Source: Monocercomonoides exilis PA203 (taxonomy: Eukaryota > Protista > Preaxostyla). From it: a stretch of 64,000 nt of DNA. Shown here in pieces: positions 52,801 to 64,000 of the stretch. The stretch covers positions 558,001 to 622,000 of the forward strand of contig LSRY02000038.1 of NCBI GenBank assembly GCA_001643675.2. The letters are read 5' to 3'. The notes beneath the pieces were generated by a model. It saw only the letters and a list, made by a program, of their open reading frames with translations. It did no database searches and was not told where the DNA came from. The translations under genes and the position numbers were made by a program. The first letter of the stretch is position 1. Each line of letters begins with the position of its first letter.

Positions 52801-55800
52801 GTCCGATCTTCTCATTTCATTCATCTCGATTTTGATGAATATGAAGCATTGTGAAAAAGAGGGATCGCCAGTAAAAAATACTAATGAACACAAGTCCCAG
52901 AGATTCACACAGACTGAATTGAGCTTTAGGTGAAGAATGTGTTTGCACAGACGGTTAACGGACATCGGTAATGAGTTCGAGAATGGACGGATTTCCTTGA
53001 AAAAACACACAATGGAGAGGTTTATGGATATGGAAGTTGGGACTGAAGAATAAAGAGAAAAAGTGAAGAAGAACGTCTGAACGGAATTGGTGTTTGTGTT
53101 TATGAGTGCTTGTAGAAAGGTGTTGATTGTACCTTTTTTTATTATTGCATGAATGTTCTGCCATGTTCGCTTATACTGAATCTTTCCTAATTATTTCTTT
53201 ACACAGTATCCGAATGAATCCAAATTTTGGAATTCCACAACATTGTTCACATCTTTAGCGAATCCAACAAACTGTGTCCCACCAATTACTTCTATAACAA
53301 CATTTTATTTATTTCCTTTTTCCGCTTTTTTCTTCTTCCGCAAAAGAACGATTTTAACTCGAGCTGCTCTCACTTGGGACCTTCCACAAATAGACGTTTC
53401 TTTGTTCAATCAGCTCGATAAGAAGGCAGGGCTTTGCAACAACCACATCAGTTCTGCAGGATATCATTAACGACTGCTTCATGATCGACGTCCCAATTTA
53501 CATCTCCACGGCCGACAGCGCAGCTTGTTTGTGGTTTCTAGAACGCTCACGGGAAAGCTAAGGATCAGAGGACGCCACGTATTGCGGCTCTTCCTTATAA
53601 TACATCATTGATCCTGTGGAAGGCTAGAAGTTGAAAACTATTGAACTGGAATGGGCAAAAAAGAAATAAGAAAATAAAGCCTTAATATTTCTTTGTTGAC
53701 ATATAAGAATTGCGCTTTTTGAAAATACAAACTCAAAAATGAATTCAAATTTGGATCTGATTTTTTCTTCGAATTCTCTGGTTGGTGTAAGAAGATGTGC
53801 ATAAGGAACTTTTCATCAAGATGTTCTTCGCAATATATTCTCTTCTTTTCAGTCTTTGTTGTTCAACAATTTCTGTTTGAGATCAACAATAATACATTCA
53901 AAAAGAAGAAAGAAAATTTTAACAAATAAATAAAAACGCGAAAATGAATTTGTTACAACAAACGAAGAGATGTCAGAGTATTCCGTTTATATTCATTTCA
54001 CTAGCTTCGAAAAATAGGTAATTTTTTTCAATCTGGCAAACATCTGACTTTGTGTTGGGGGAAGTGAATCGCAATGAGATAAATTCGAATTTTGTTCATT
54101 ATAAATTGTATTTGCAAATGAAAACTCCATTATTGTACGAAAGGAGTGCTTTTCTTGCATTGTTTCTTCAAAAAAATAAGAATTTCAATTGATCTCTGAT
54201 AAATTTTAACACAAAAAGGAAAATATTAATCAAAAGTCACATATCTTTATTATTCCTGAATATCTGGACAACTTTCCGAAATAAAGAGCGATTAACGTTT
54301 TAAAACTTATATGTCAAAAATTATTTTTGAAAAATCAGAGATCTTCCAACAATTATTTTCTATCATTTGATTAATAATATATTATTTGAAGACAACGTTT
54401 CATTACTGTGCAAACGATATAAATAACACTATTCTCACATCTTGATTTTTTTTTGAAAAAAACCAGAATAAGATTTTTCATTATAAATGCTAAAGGGAAA
54501 TGTTTTGAGAACTTTACACACTTTCTTCTATCCATGATGCAACAGCGGTTTGTTTTGACTATTTTTCATGTATATTCGGAACACATATTTTTGGTTGCAA
54601 TTTTATTCCTAATTTGATAAGGAGGTGAAACAATGTGAATTGCAATCTATTTTTTTGAAAATGTTGAATAAATCAAAATCATTCGTGTTATTTTCTTAAA
54701 CAATCATCAGTTTCATGTATGCTGTGGAAAAATAATGATTTTCTTTTCTGATTATTGTTCAAAATATTTATTTACGAATTGTTAATAAATATTCATTATC
54801 GCTCGGTTTCTTCAAGATTTGTAACAAAAATACAAAAGAAAATAGATCATGAAGATTATTAGATACAGAGCAAACGAGCCATTGAATACGTTCCTACATG
54901 AAAAAAAAGAAAAAAGAGATGGCAATTGGTTCTATGATGGAAAAGCAGTGAATCCAGATGCTAAGGAAGAAATGAGATTCATTTTTCAAAGCGTGTCTTT
55001 CACATCAGAGTTGATGAAGATAGATAGCTTTTATGCTTCACAACTTTCGACAAAATGATTTCTTTTATTGTACAGTATAACCAAGCTCGTCGCACGTAGT
55101 GATTAGCTGAAAAGCCTCAACATACTTTTCCATCTACGGATTATGGCTTCTTCGCTGAATCTCTATCTGCACGTGCACCGGCTCTGCCCCACAAAAGAGA
55201 AGTTTCAAAAACAGATTTTCTCAATCAGCGTTCTTCAGAAAAACATGAAACGAAGGGTTATTTCCACATGCATCTTCAAACTGATCGTCAACTTCTTGCT
55301 CGATTTTGAAGGATATGTAGATACCAACATATAAGCGTGAATCAAGTAATATGAGAAGAGTGAGTTACAAAAGTGAGGTTTCTGGTTAAAGATAGAGCGT
55401 GCCCAGAAACTGAATAGTCCATCATTGCAGCTTCGGTGGAGACATCATTGTCTGCCCTAATCGGTAATTAAGAACGGTCATTCGCTTTCTTCTCCTTCTT
55501 CTTCTTCTTCTTCTTCTTCTTCTTCTCCTTCTCCTTCTCCTTCTTCTTCTCCTTCTCCTTCTTCTTCTTCTTCTCCTCCTTCTTCTTCAATTTCACACAG
55601 TTTGATGATCATTTAATACATCTTTTTATTTTTATTGAAGCTTCAACTCCAAATGATATTTCAATAACTTATTCCTCTTCGTTTATCTATCAAAAAAAAA
55701 AGAATTATGATCATCCTATCAGAAGAATATTTTTCCTGCTATCATTCCACAACTCAGTCAAAGATAGATTTTCTCAAAGAAGCATATGCTGTGTGTCAAA

Positions 55801-56134
55801 TTGACAGATGAAAGGCACAGACACTAAAAATAAAGAAGAAAAAGAAGAAGACGAAGACGAAGAAGAAGACGAAGACGAAGAAGAAGACGAAGACGAAGAA
55901 GAAGACGATGATGAAGATGATGATGAATTCAAACATGTAAATGCATTTGAACTCAATTCAGCATTCCCATCAAAACACGTGTTTTGTCTGCACATCACTC
56001 TACTTTCAATCACTGCTCACGGAAACATCAGCGTCTCTGTATTCGAAATCAGCTCTTAACACTCCTCTCTCCCGCCTTCCAGCAGAACAACTACATTATT
56101 CCTCTTTAGACAGCATATGAGGTATTGAACAGAA

Positions 56135-56875
56135 TCACTTCACAAACTGAATCGGTTGGTTAAAAAGCTTTCGACTGCTGCCTTTCGGTTCTTTAGGAGA
56201 AATGGATCTTGCAGAAGAAGAACAGAATAGAAAGTGGTCCCTGTTGAAGGCGGAAGAGGCTGTAAATTCTTTCTCTCCTTTAATTCTCGGACTATCGTCT
56301 TTTCTAAGCCTTTCTCGCTCTTTTTCTCTTTCTTCTCTCCTCCTCTTCCTCTCTCTCTCCTTCTCTTCCTCCGCCTCTGCATCAATTTCCTTCTCTTTCC
56401 CGTCGCCTTCCTCCGCTTTCCTATTCATTTCTTCCTCCTTCCTCTTATTTCTCTGCTCCTCCAATCTGCTGCTCCTCCTCCTCACATCCCTCAGCTCCTG
56501 CACCTTCTGCTGCCTCTTCCTCTCTCTGTCTGCCCTCTCCTCTTCCAAGCTGATGGCAATGGCTGCTGCTAAACCAGGATCAGAAGTCGGATCTATGCCC
56601 ATCACAATTTATATGGCATCTGACTCAGAAGCATCATCAGCTCCAAACTCAGAAATAAGCGTCGCATTCAGAAGAGACTCAAATTCTTCGTATTCTTTAT
56701 CAGCGAAGTTCGCTTCTTATTCTTCTTCTTCTTCTCAGTCTATAAATAGCGTATGTATTTCATCATCTTCATCTGTCAATTCATCAATCACATCATCATC
56801 ATCATCATTATCCTCTTCCTCTTCCTCTTCCTATTCCTCTTCCTCTTCCTCTTCACCTTCTCCATCTTCTCCTTT
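56135..56875 (-). pseudogene. Acidic tract plus Rpn10/S5a-like UIM remnant, in frame with the upstream transposase but with stops
   Basis: MGIDPTSDPGLAAAIAISLEEER resembles the Rpn10 UIM1 pattern GVDPxxDPELALALRxSMEE. Five in-frame stops lie between the transposase ORF and this motif. Confidence 0.5.
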
Positions 56876-59817
56876 TCATTTCTTCATTTGTTTCAATTTT
56901 TTCTTTCCCATCACATTTTCCTCCTGAATCACCCCTTCATCCGCATCTTCCTCTTCTTCAATAGATATAACTTCTTTTGTTGCATTGTCATTGAATTGTT
57001 TTTGGTCAGTTAAAACTTTGCGGCGAATTGGCTCGATGTCAGAATCTTCAGTCTCATCGTAATTTTCGTTATCATCAATATTTTCAGTTGAAAGCCGATT
57101 TGGAAAAATAATTCTTCCCTCTTCATTCTTTTTATCAATAACTTTCAACTTCTCTAATTTCCTTTTATATAAAGAAATTGTTGAGGACCCTGTTGAAACA
57201 TCTTCTTCGCAAATGAATTGACGGCTTGTTGATTGTTTTTTGTTCAAATGAAAAACGCTTTCAAATGAGATCTTTCTCCATCTACTAACGGGAGAATTGA
57301 AAAAAGGAGTTACTTCAATTTGTGTTTTGGTGGATCTCCAACACAAATATGTTTTTATGTCCTTCACCACAAGCTTCAAGCTTGTCTTTTGCTTGATTCG
57401 GGGAGAGTAATCGATAAAGAATCTCTCCAATCTTTCATCCTCCTTTCTTTCAATTTTTGGGCATGCTTTTTGAAAGAAAGTTATCAAATCTTTGATGGTG
57501 GAGATGTCCTTGCGAGATCTTTGAGCGATTCTCGCAAGGACTCCAAATTCCCCATCAACCTCGCTTTTCCCGTGACCTTCTCCGAAAAAGGAAAGCGAGG
57601 TTGTTTCAAATGTTTCATGAATGGAGGAAGACGGATGAAGCAAAAAAAAGAGAAAGCAGCCGTTTCTGAAGTGTGGACCGCAGTCTGTCCACACTTTCAG
57701 ATGAGAATGAATATTTATTGATGATTGCAAATTTTGAAGAGCAATCTTCAAACAATCGGTTGCAAATCTGCAATCTTTGGACAGAATTTCGGAAAGGAAG
57801 TGGAAGCAAGTCTTCGATTTTCCATTCTTCTTGAAATGATGAATAATTACGCAGAGGTGTGAAATTTCTTTTTTTGAATAATAATCTCTGCTTTCTTGAG
57901 TTTGTTTCATAGGCAAAGTCCAATTTTGTTTAAAATCTAATAAAGCAAAAAACTCATTCTCTTGGAGATTCGCGACTTCTTCATTAAACTTTTTTCGCTG
58001 AAATTTTTGAATTGTGCAATGAATATAAAGTGTTTCGATTTCTTGTAATTCTGATTTTGTTAAGATTTTTGTTTTTTCTTTTTTTTTCAAAAATTCTTTT
58101 CTAACGCAAAGATTACACATATCGGTTCTTCTTTTTGCCTTTTCAATATTAACTGCCAATCTGTAAAACAAAGATTTACAAAGTTTAACATTAATTTCAT
58201 ATTTCATTCTTCTAAATAATTCATCTTTTGAACCAAAGAATATCCTCTTTTCTCCTTTAAACCATTCACTGCGATTATCATCAATATTCTTGAAGGAATT
58301 GTTTGTCCACATTTCTTTTTCAAACAATTTTCTATTATCTTGAACAACTTTTTCTCTTTTAAATAATCAATTCATATGAATGAATCAGGAAATAAAAAAA
58401 CTTATTTAATTTATGTTTTAATATTTTAGAAAACAAACTTTTCAGATAACTCGGAAATGCAATCGTTGGAATTCGTTAAATAAATATCATTAAAAGACGA
58501 ATCATCAATCGCATTACTTGTAAAGCGTAAAGACAAAGCAGGTTCATTGAAAATTTCATCATTTTGCCTGTCGTAAGAATAAAGAAAAGCTGAAGAAGGG
58601 GTAGATGCTGCGCTGCATGCGGAAGTGAGCTGTAGCGAAGGAAACGAAGCAGAAGAAGGCTGCGTTGCTGTGGAGTCTGCCGGATTGAGCTGCAGTGAAG
58701 GAAATGGTGCAGAAGAAGGCTGCGAAGACGTGGTGCTTGTTGGAGTTAGCTGAAGCGAAGGAAACGAAGCAGAAGAAGATGGAGTTGCTGAGATGCTTGT
58801 TGGAGTGAGTTGAAAATGAGAAAATGGTGATGATAAAGTTTGAGAATGTACAGAGCAGAATTGTTGATGTTTGAAGGGATGAATAATATCTGAACGAAGT
58901 ATGTGATTGTTTTCTTTTGTTGTATATTCTTGATATCTTGATTTTTGTTGGATTCCTGAATGATTATTTGTAATTATATCAAAACTATCCTTATGAAAAT
59001 AATGTTGATCTTGATAAACAAGACAATTTTGTTTTGTGTGCTCAGATAAATTCTTTTTTTTGATAAGTTTGAACTTTGAAACGGAGTGTGTATTTGAAAG
59101 AGTTTGAATATCTTCATAATTAAATAAAACTGGTGATGTTTGTTGATCAATTGTTGTTGAATGATGGTTTGAGTTTAAGAATTCAAAGTCATCATCTGAT
59201 AAATCTTTAAATACTCTCGTTTCTTGAATGTTTTGTTCTTTGCAACTTTCACTTGTGTTCTTCCTTAACCACCATTCACATAAATAAAAATCATATAAAC
59301 TCAACGCTGATGTTTCAATATAGCTTTTTATGAGAAATGAAAAAATAAAAAACGAACGTTTTTTGCTGCTGGGAATCTTCGGTTTGCTTGCAGGAGTTAT
59401 TTCAAAATTGTGCCTTTTCAACATTCGTTCAGCGTGAAAAATGTTGTTTGCTGTACAATTCCAGCCAGCTTTTATTAGTTCTGTTGAAGAAAATGATTTC
59501 AAAAATGTTTGTAACAAGAGTATTTTATTCTTTTTGTCTAATATATCGTACAATGAACCAGCGTAAACAAGAATGTTTTCCATTTTATCTATTCAATCAA
59601 AAGAAGAGAAAACAAAAAATGAAACTGAATAAAATACATTGATATAACCATTCAGTTTATTGTTAAGCAATTCAAGAATTTCTTTTCCATTTCTTGAATG
59701 ATATAAAAAGTGAAGAATGAAAGATGTTTCCTCATTCTTTGAATGAAGTTGAAGAAATTCAAATAGTATCTTGCACAGTTGAGACTTTCTGCTTTCAGAC
59801 AAATCTGAAAACGTCCT
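56876..59817 (-). CDS. Second Sola-like DDD transposase (4 exons, no USP domain; start codon apparently lost)
   Basis: Introns 59648-59589, 59357-59307 and ~58439-58356. Core TDMCNLC, LDFKQNW, WTDCGPHFRN and FFGEGHGKSEVDGEFG align with the 8328-12073 protein. AGG at 59817-15 sits where the sister has ATG. No TIR pair found. Confidence 0.8.
58588..58830 (-). repeat. 60-bp coding tandem repeat (about 4 x 20 aa, SSASFPSLQLTPxxxxxxQP)
   Basis: Period of 60 bp visible in consecutive sequence lines. Confidence 0.85.
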
Positions 59818-59840
59818 TTTTTTAAAAAATAATATTATTC

Positions 59841-60034
59841 TGGGATAATTTTTTGATCTTTAATGGGATCACAATTAAAGTTTTCCGACTTTTCAAAAAG
59901 AAAGTGCCATTTGTTTAAAATAACAATTATTAAGATATTTCTCTTTTGAATTTAAATGTTTCTTTCAAAAACTAACAATCTTTGAATAATAAACACACCG
60001 AAAAAAGAATTGATTTCAAAAATAATCCCCCATA
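59841..60034. mobile_element. Degenerate copy of the 1821-2055 MITE family
   Basis: 59908-60026 is similar to 1932-2050 and ends TGATTTCAAAAATAATCCCCCATAT. Confidence 0.5.
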
Positions 60035-61643
60035 TGTTTGTTAATTTCATTATTTCATTATTCTTTGTCTGTTTGACTCATTTCACAATTTTATTCATGA
60101 GATGTGATTTTATCCCTTGAAAATGCATTTCTAACTTTGTAATAAAAACAAATTATTCAAAGTTTTTGTATGTTCGTTCTGGATCTTTTACGAAATAAAG
60201 GATGAAATTATAATTTTTTTGGAAGTGACAAGCAATATCAATAACTTTGTGGAGCTTTTGAACCAGTGATGAAGATAAAAGTGTGTGAAGCCACTTGGGC
60301 CAATGAACTATTTCTTTTTGCTCAAATGCTGCAAACTGTCCATGCTTATCATATCGTCTGAACAGCAATTGCTGAATTTCAATCATAAAAATGCTGGCCA
60401 TTCAATGAAATAAATGAAATAATGATCATTATTTATTCTCCAGGTGCATGCTGAGTTTATTTTTAACGATTGATGACAAATTGATATTCTTTTCAGAACA
60501 TTCATTCCACTACTCAAAATTCTTCTCTCACGTTGCATGGTTCACCTCCGCTTCTAAATTTTCTTCTTATTTTAGATCATCTTCGAAACAATTTTTCTTT
60601 CTCAACGCTCTTTATTCAATTTCAATGAGAAAATACAAAGATTTTATGAAAATAGAGGAAAATACTTGAAGAAAAAATGACAATTGAAAAGAACAGAGAA
60701 AAAACGGCATAGGTCTGAATTGTACCATTTTGTTGAAGCCACAAAAAAATTTGAATTGGCTAAATTTTTTTGAAAAGTGACATCAGATCAAAAATTTGAC
60801 CCATGGAAGTTATTTTATAATCATTCCGTTTCCATAATTCTAATTTAAAAAACTAACTTTCACAACAATGTTTGTTGGTTTATTGCAAACTTCTAAATGA
60901 GAAAAAATATTGTGAATCAAAAAATTATATATTCTGCTTTGTGATCAAAATTCAAATAGCTAATAAACAATGAATATGCTTCATCTTTTCTTCGTTCATG
61001 TTGGAATCACTGAGCTCAAAAATGCTTAAGGAATGTTTCAATTCAATTTTTACAGAAATAAAAGTTTTCTGTTGATGTTTCTAATTTAAATTTGAACTGA
61101 AATTTGCAATGCCCAGACAAATAATTACATTTCATTCTCCAATTATTGCTTACGCATGTAAAAGAAAGCAATGAATATACAAAGTTGAATGGTTTGCTGT
61201 TTTATTTAGAGTTGTGTTATTTATTCTTTATTTTTCAATTTTAACTTTCTGTATGGATGCATAATTTGCAATAGAGCACCATTTCAGAGATACAAAAAGA
61301 TAAAAGAATATAGGGATATGAATTCTTACACATTTGAAGGACGAGGGAGCAATATCAGAGAACTGAGAATAAACAATCGATGATAAATGTGAATAAGGAT
61401 TCTCACCAAATGCTTGCGATTCAACATCTCACTCAACTTCAGGATCAAGCAATCATATTGGTTCTCCATCTGTCCGTGTTCTTTCTTCAATCTTTCCTTT
61501 CATGAGCATTATTACAGTCAATGAATCAACGAAACACTTTCTGAAGCATATAGTCCTTTCAAAGATGTTCCATACAAGAAATTGAAAAAAAGAAAAAGGA
61601 TGTAATAAAAGCTTCAGTCAAAAAATGCTTGATTATGTGAGAG

Positions 61644-63400
61644 ATGTTCAACAGAATGACCAATAAGGAAGAAAACGGTACTCACTTCAAAAAGAAGTCA
61701 GCAGATGACGAAAAAAACCACTCAAGAAAGAAAAAGGTCCCAAAAATTACAGATATAGGAGAGTCTGGCAGCGGAGACACGGACAAAGAAGCAGAAAAAT
61801 CGGATGGAATTGTGAAAGCGAATTGGACAGCAAACGATGAGAGCGCATCTTTGAATGCATGTGCACTTTCCAAGTTCAGTCTGGTGACGTCGTTTAAGTC
61901 AAAGCAATGGATTGCTCAGTCACAAAACCCAGCTTACCAGTCTGATGCATTTTCATAGACAGTTCTTTCACTCTAGTGTGGCAATTCGATCAGCAGTTAT
62001 ATAACATCCATCATGGGCACTCTGAGGATGTTGTCACCTTCTGCCTCTGAGACGTCGCTGAGTCAGATTATGAATTCCCTTCGGAAGAAGTCGATCTCGC
62101 GCTTCATCTTCGCACTGACTGTGCAGAAGAACGAGCAATTGCAGACTTTTCTGACGCTGCAGCAGATAAGTGCCTTTCAAAAGTTTCCACGTGCTTTTTC
62201 GTAGCAGCAGAAGCGGATGTCGCTGGAAGAGTCGTACAAAAGCTGCAAATCGTCCCACGGAGAGATCAGAGAAATAGTCTCATCGAAATCGTCGAGCAGC
62301 AAAAGAAAGTGCACCAAAATCTTATCAGAGGACATTCTGGTGCAGATTGAACCAAAAGACACTCTCCCGCAGCTGTTCAACGCAATCCACTAGCTGTTCA
62401 CTCCGCTTCTGTCTCTTCTGATAGGCACCATCTGCTCTGAGTCAGACAAACTCACATTCGCCGAAAGAGCTCCAAATACGCCTATCTCTCATATGCCTTC
62501 ATCCATTCCTCACCCGCCGTCTATTAATCTGCTTGTTCCTGTTTTCAACATCTCTTCGATGCACCCTTTTTCTGATCCATATCCAGGCAGACACTATTTA
62601 GAAATGCATGTTGGGATATGCCCGCTTCTGAAGCGCTATCTTCTTTCGTATTTGTCAGCACCACTTCTTCGGGCGTCTCAAGCGAAACAGGAAATATTGA
62701 AGATATTTGCATTGTATTGCGCAATGAAACAGGAGCTTTTAAGCGAAGAAGCGATTTCTGTTGCAGCAGACGTTGCGCAGTTTTTGATGATGTGTACGCA
62801 TCCGATTGAGAAGGAGCTGATAGTCCCCCAAATGAAGAAGCTGAAGAGATTATTAGATGAAAGAAAGATGAACAAAACGAATGAAAACGAAAAGACAATC
62901 GAAGACGAAGACAAAACGAAAAGCACATCAAAGAAAAAGGCAAAGAAAAACAAAAAGATAAAAGACGAATAAAATGCAGCAGTCACAGAAGAAGAAGAAG
63001 CAGAGGATGATCAGCCATATGTGCCGCTCAAGTCACGTTCGATACAAACTGTGCTGTGTTTGCAAAAGGAACATCAAACACATTCAAAAGATGCTTCGTC
63101 TTCAGAGGAAGAAAAAGGAATGAAAAATGACTCAAATGAAAAGAATGAAGCCATTTTTCTTGCACGTTCAAATGGAATAGCTGCCTTCATTGCATTATCA
63201 GAAATAATATTGCAACGCACAGATGACAAAACAAAGAAAGCTTAAAGTGTCAATGAAGAATCAAAACATTTAGCTCATTCTTATGAAATGTTCTCAAATG
63301 ACTGAACTTTTTCTGATCTGGTTATGAATTTTGCAGGAAAAAAAGCAAAAGAGTTACCTGTTTTCAATCTGCTCTTTTTGATGAATAAAAGAGTGAACAG
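61644..63400 (+). pseudogene. Fragmented hypothetical gene
   Basis: Co-directional short ORFs with coding-like composition, interrupted by stops; no domain recognised. Confidence 0.35.
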
Positions 63401-64000
63401 AATTGAAGATGACGATTCATTCAATGATAATCCATTTGAACATTCTAATACATTTGAACGGATATCTTCTTCATCATCCTCTTTATCCTCCTCTCATTCT
63501 GAATCCTTTCTCCTCCAACTTTTTCTTTTTCCTCCTCTGTCTTTTTGTTTTTAACGAAACCTTTCAACGAACTCAAATACCGTTCCTCTTCATTAGGCTT
63601 CACCACAAACATATGCAAACAGCAAATATCGTCCTGAAGAATCTCCAAGCGAAACAGCATTCTGACAAGCGAATAAATCGCTGCTCTGTTCATCGCAATC
63701 ATAAAGTCTAAAAATATCTCTGTGAAGAAAGGCAGCATGCACGGGTGATCACACATAATGGAAACAAATTCTCCGCTCTGGGAGCCTGCTATGGATTGAA
63801 CCTCTTCCCCACCTTTCAGTCAGAATTTCTTCACTAACCAGGAAAACAGAGAGTCTGGAAGATCCATATAATTTCTCTGGAACTCTGCCAGCGAAGTCTT
63901 CTGCAGCGCAGCAGGAGCGGACGAGGTCAGAAGAGTGGAAGAAGCAAAAGAGAGCTTTTACAGGTGAACACTTGTTGAATGCAGCTCCGATGGTCAAACG

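Noticed and set aside
50200-55500. Coding-like patches (RGG-rich remnant ~51440-51620; GC-richer stretch ~53440-53620 vaguely like a dynein C-terminus)
   Set aside because: Too degraded to assign without a search.
58588-58830. CRISPR-like array
   Set aside because: It is an in-frame coding repeat with no repeat/unique-spacer structure, in a eukaryotic context.

Overview
AT-rich, intron-containing eukaryotic DNA using the standard genetic code. The gene families and long poly-Ser/Glu tracts resemble an oxymonad/metamonad protist such as Monocercomonoides (inference). The centre holds three host genes: a lineage-expanded hypothetical protein (22.6-24.2 kb), an EF-hand/WD40 protein (24.8-36.5 kb, +) and a GPATCH1/TOUGH homologue (37.7-42.5 kb, -). 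The flanks are largely DNA transposons and decayed gene fragments. The main find is a ~6.2 kb element (7569-13771) with 559-bp inverted repeats. Its spliced Sola-like DDD transposase carries an in-frame ubiquitin-specific protease (USP/C19) domain with the catalytic residues intact, and a strongly structured ~140-nt RNA lies just downstream. A sister transposase (59817-56876, -) shares two intron positions but has a 20-aa repeat instead of the USP and runs in frame into an Rpn10-like UIM remnant. Also present: a pogo/Fot1 DD35D pseudogene, two 965-bp MITE copies whose cores are inverted relative to each other, and two TIR elements carrying host gene-family fragments. All calls come from reading the sequence by eye; no searches were run.
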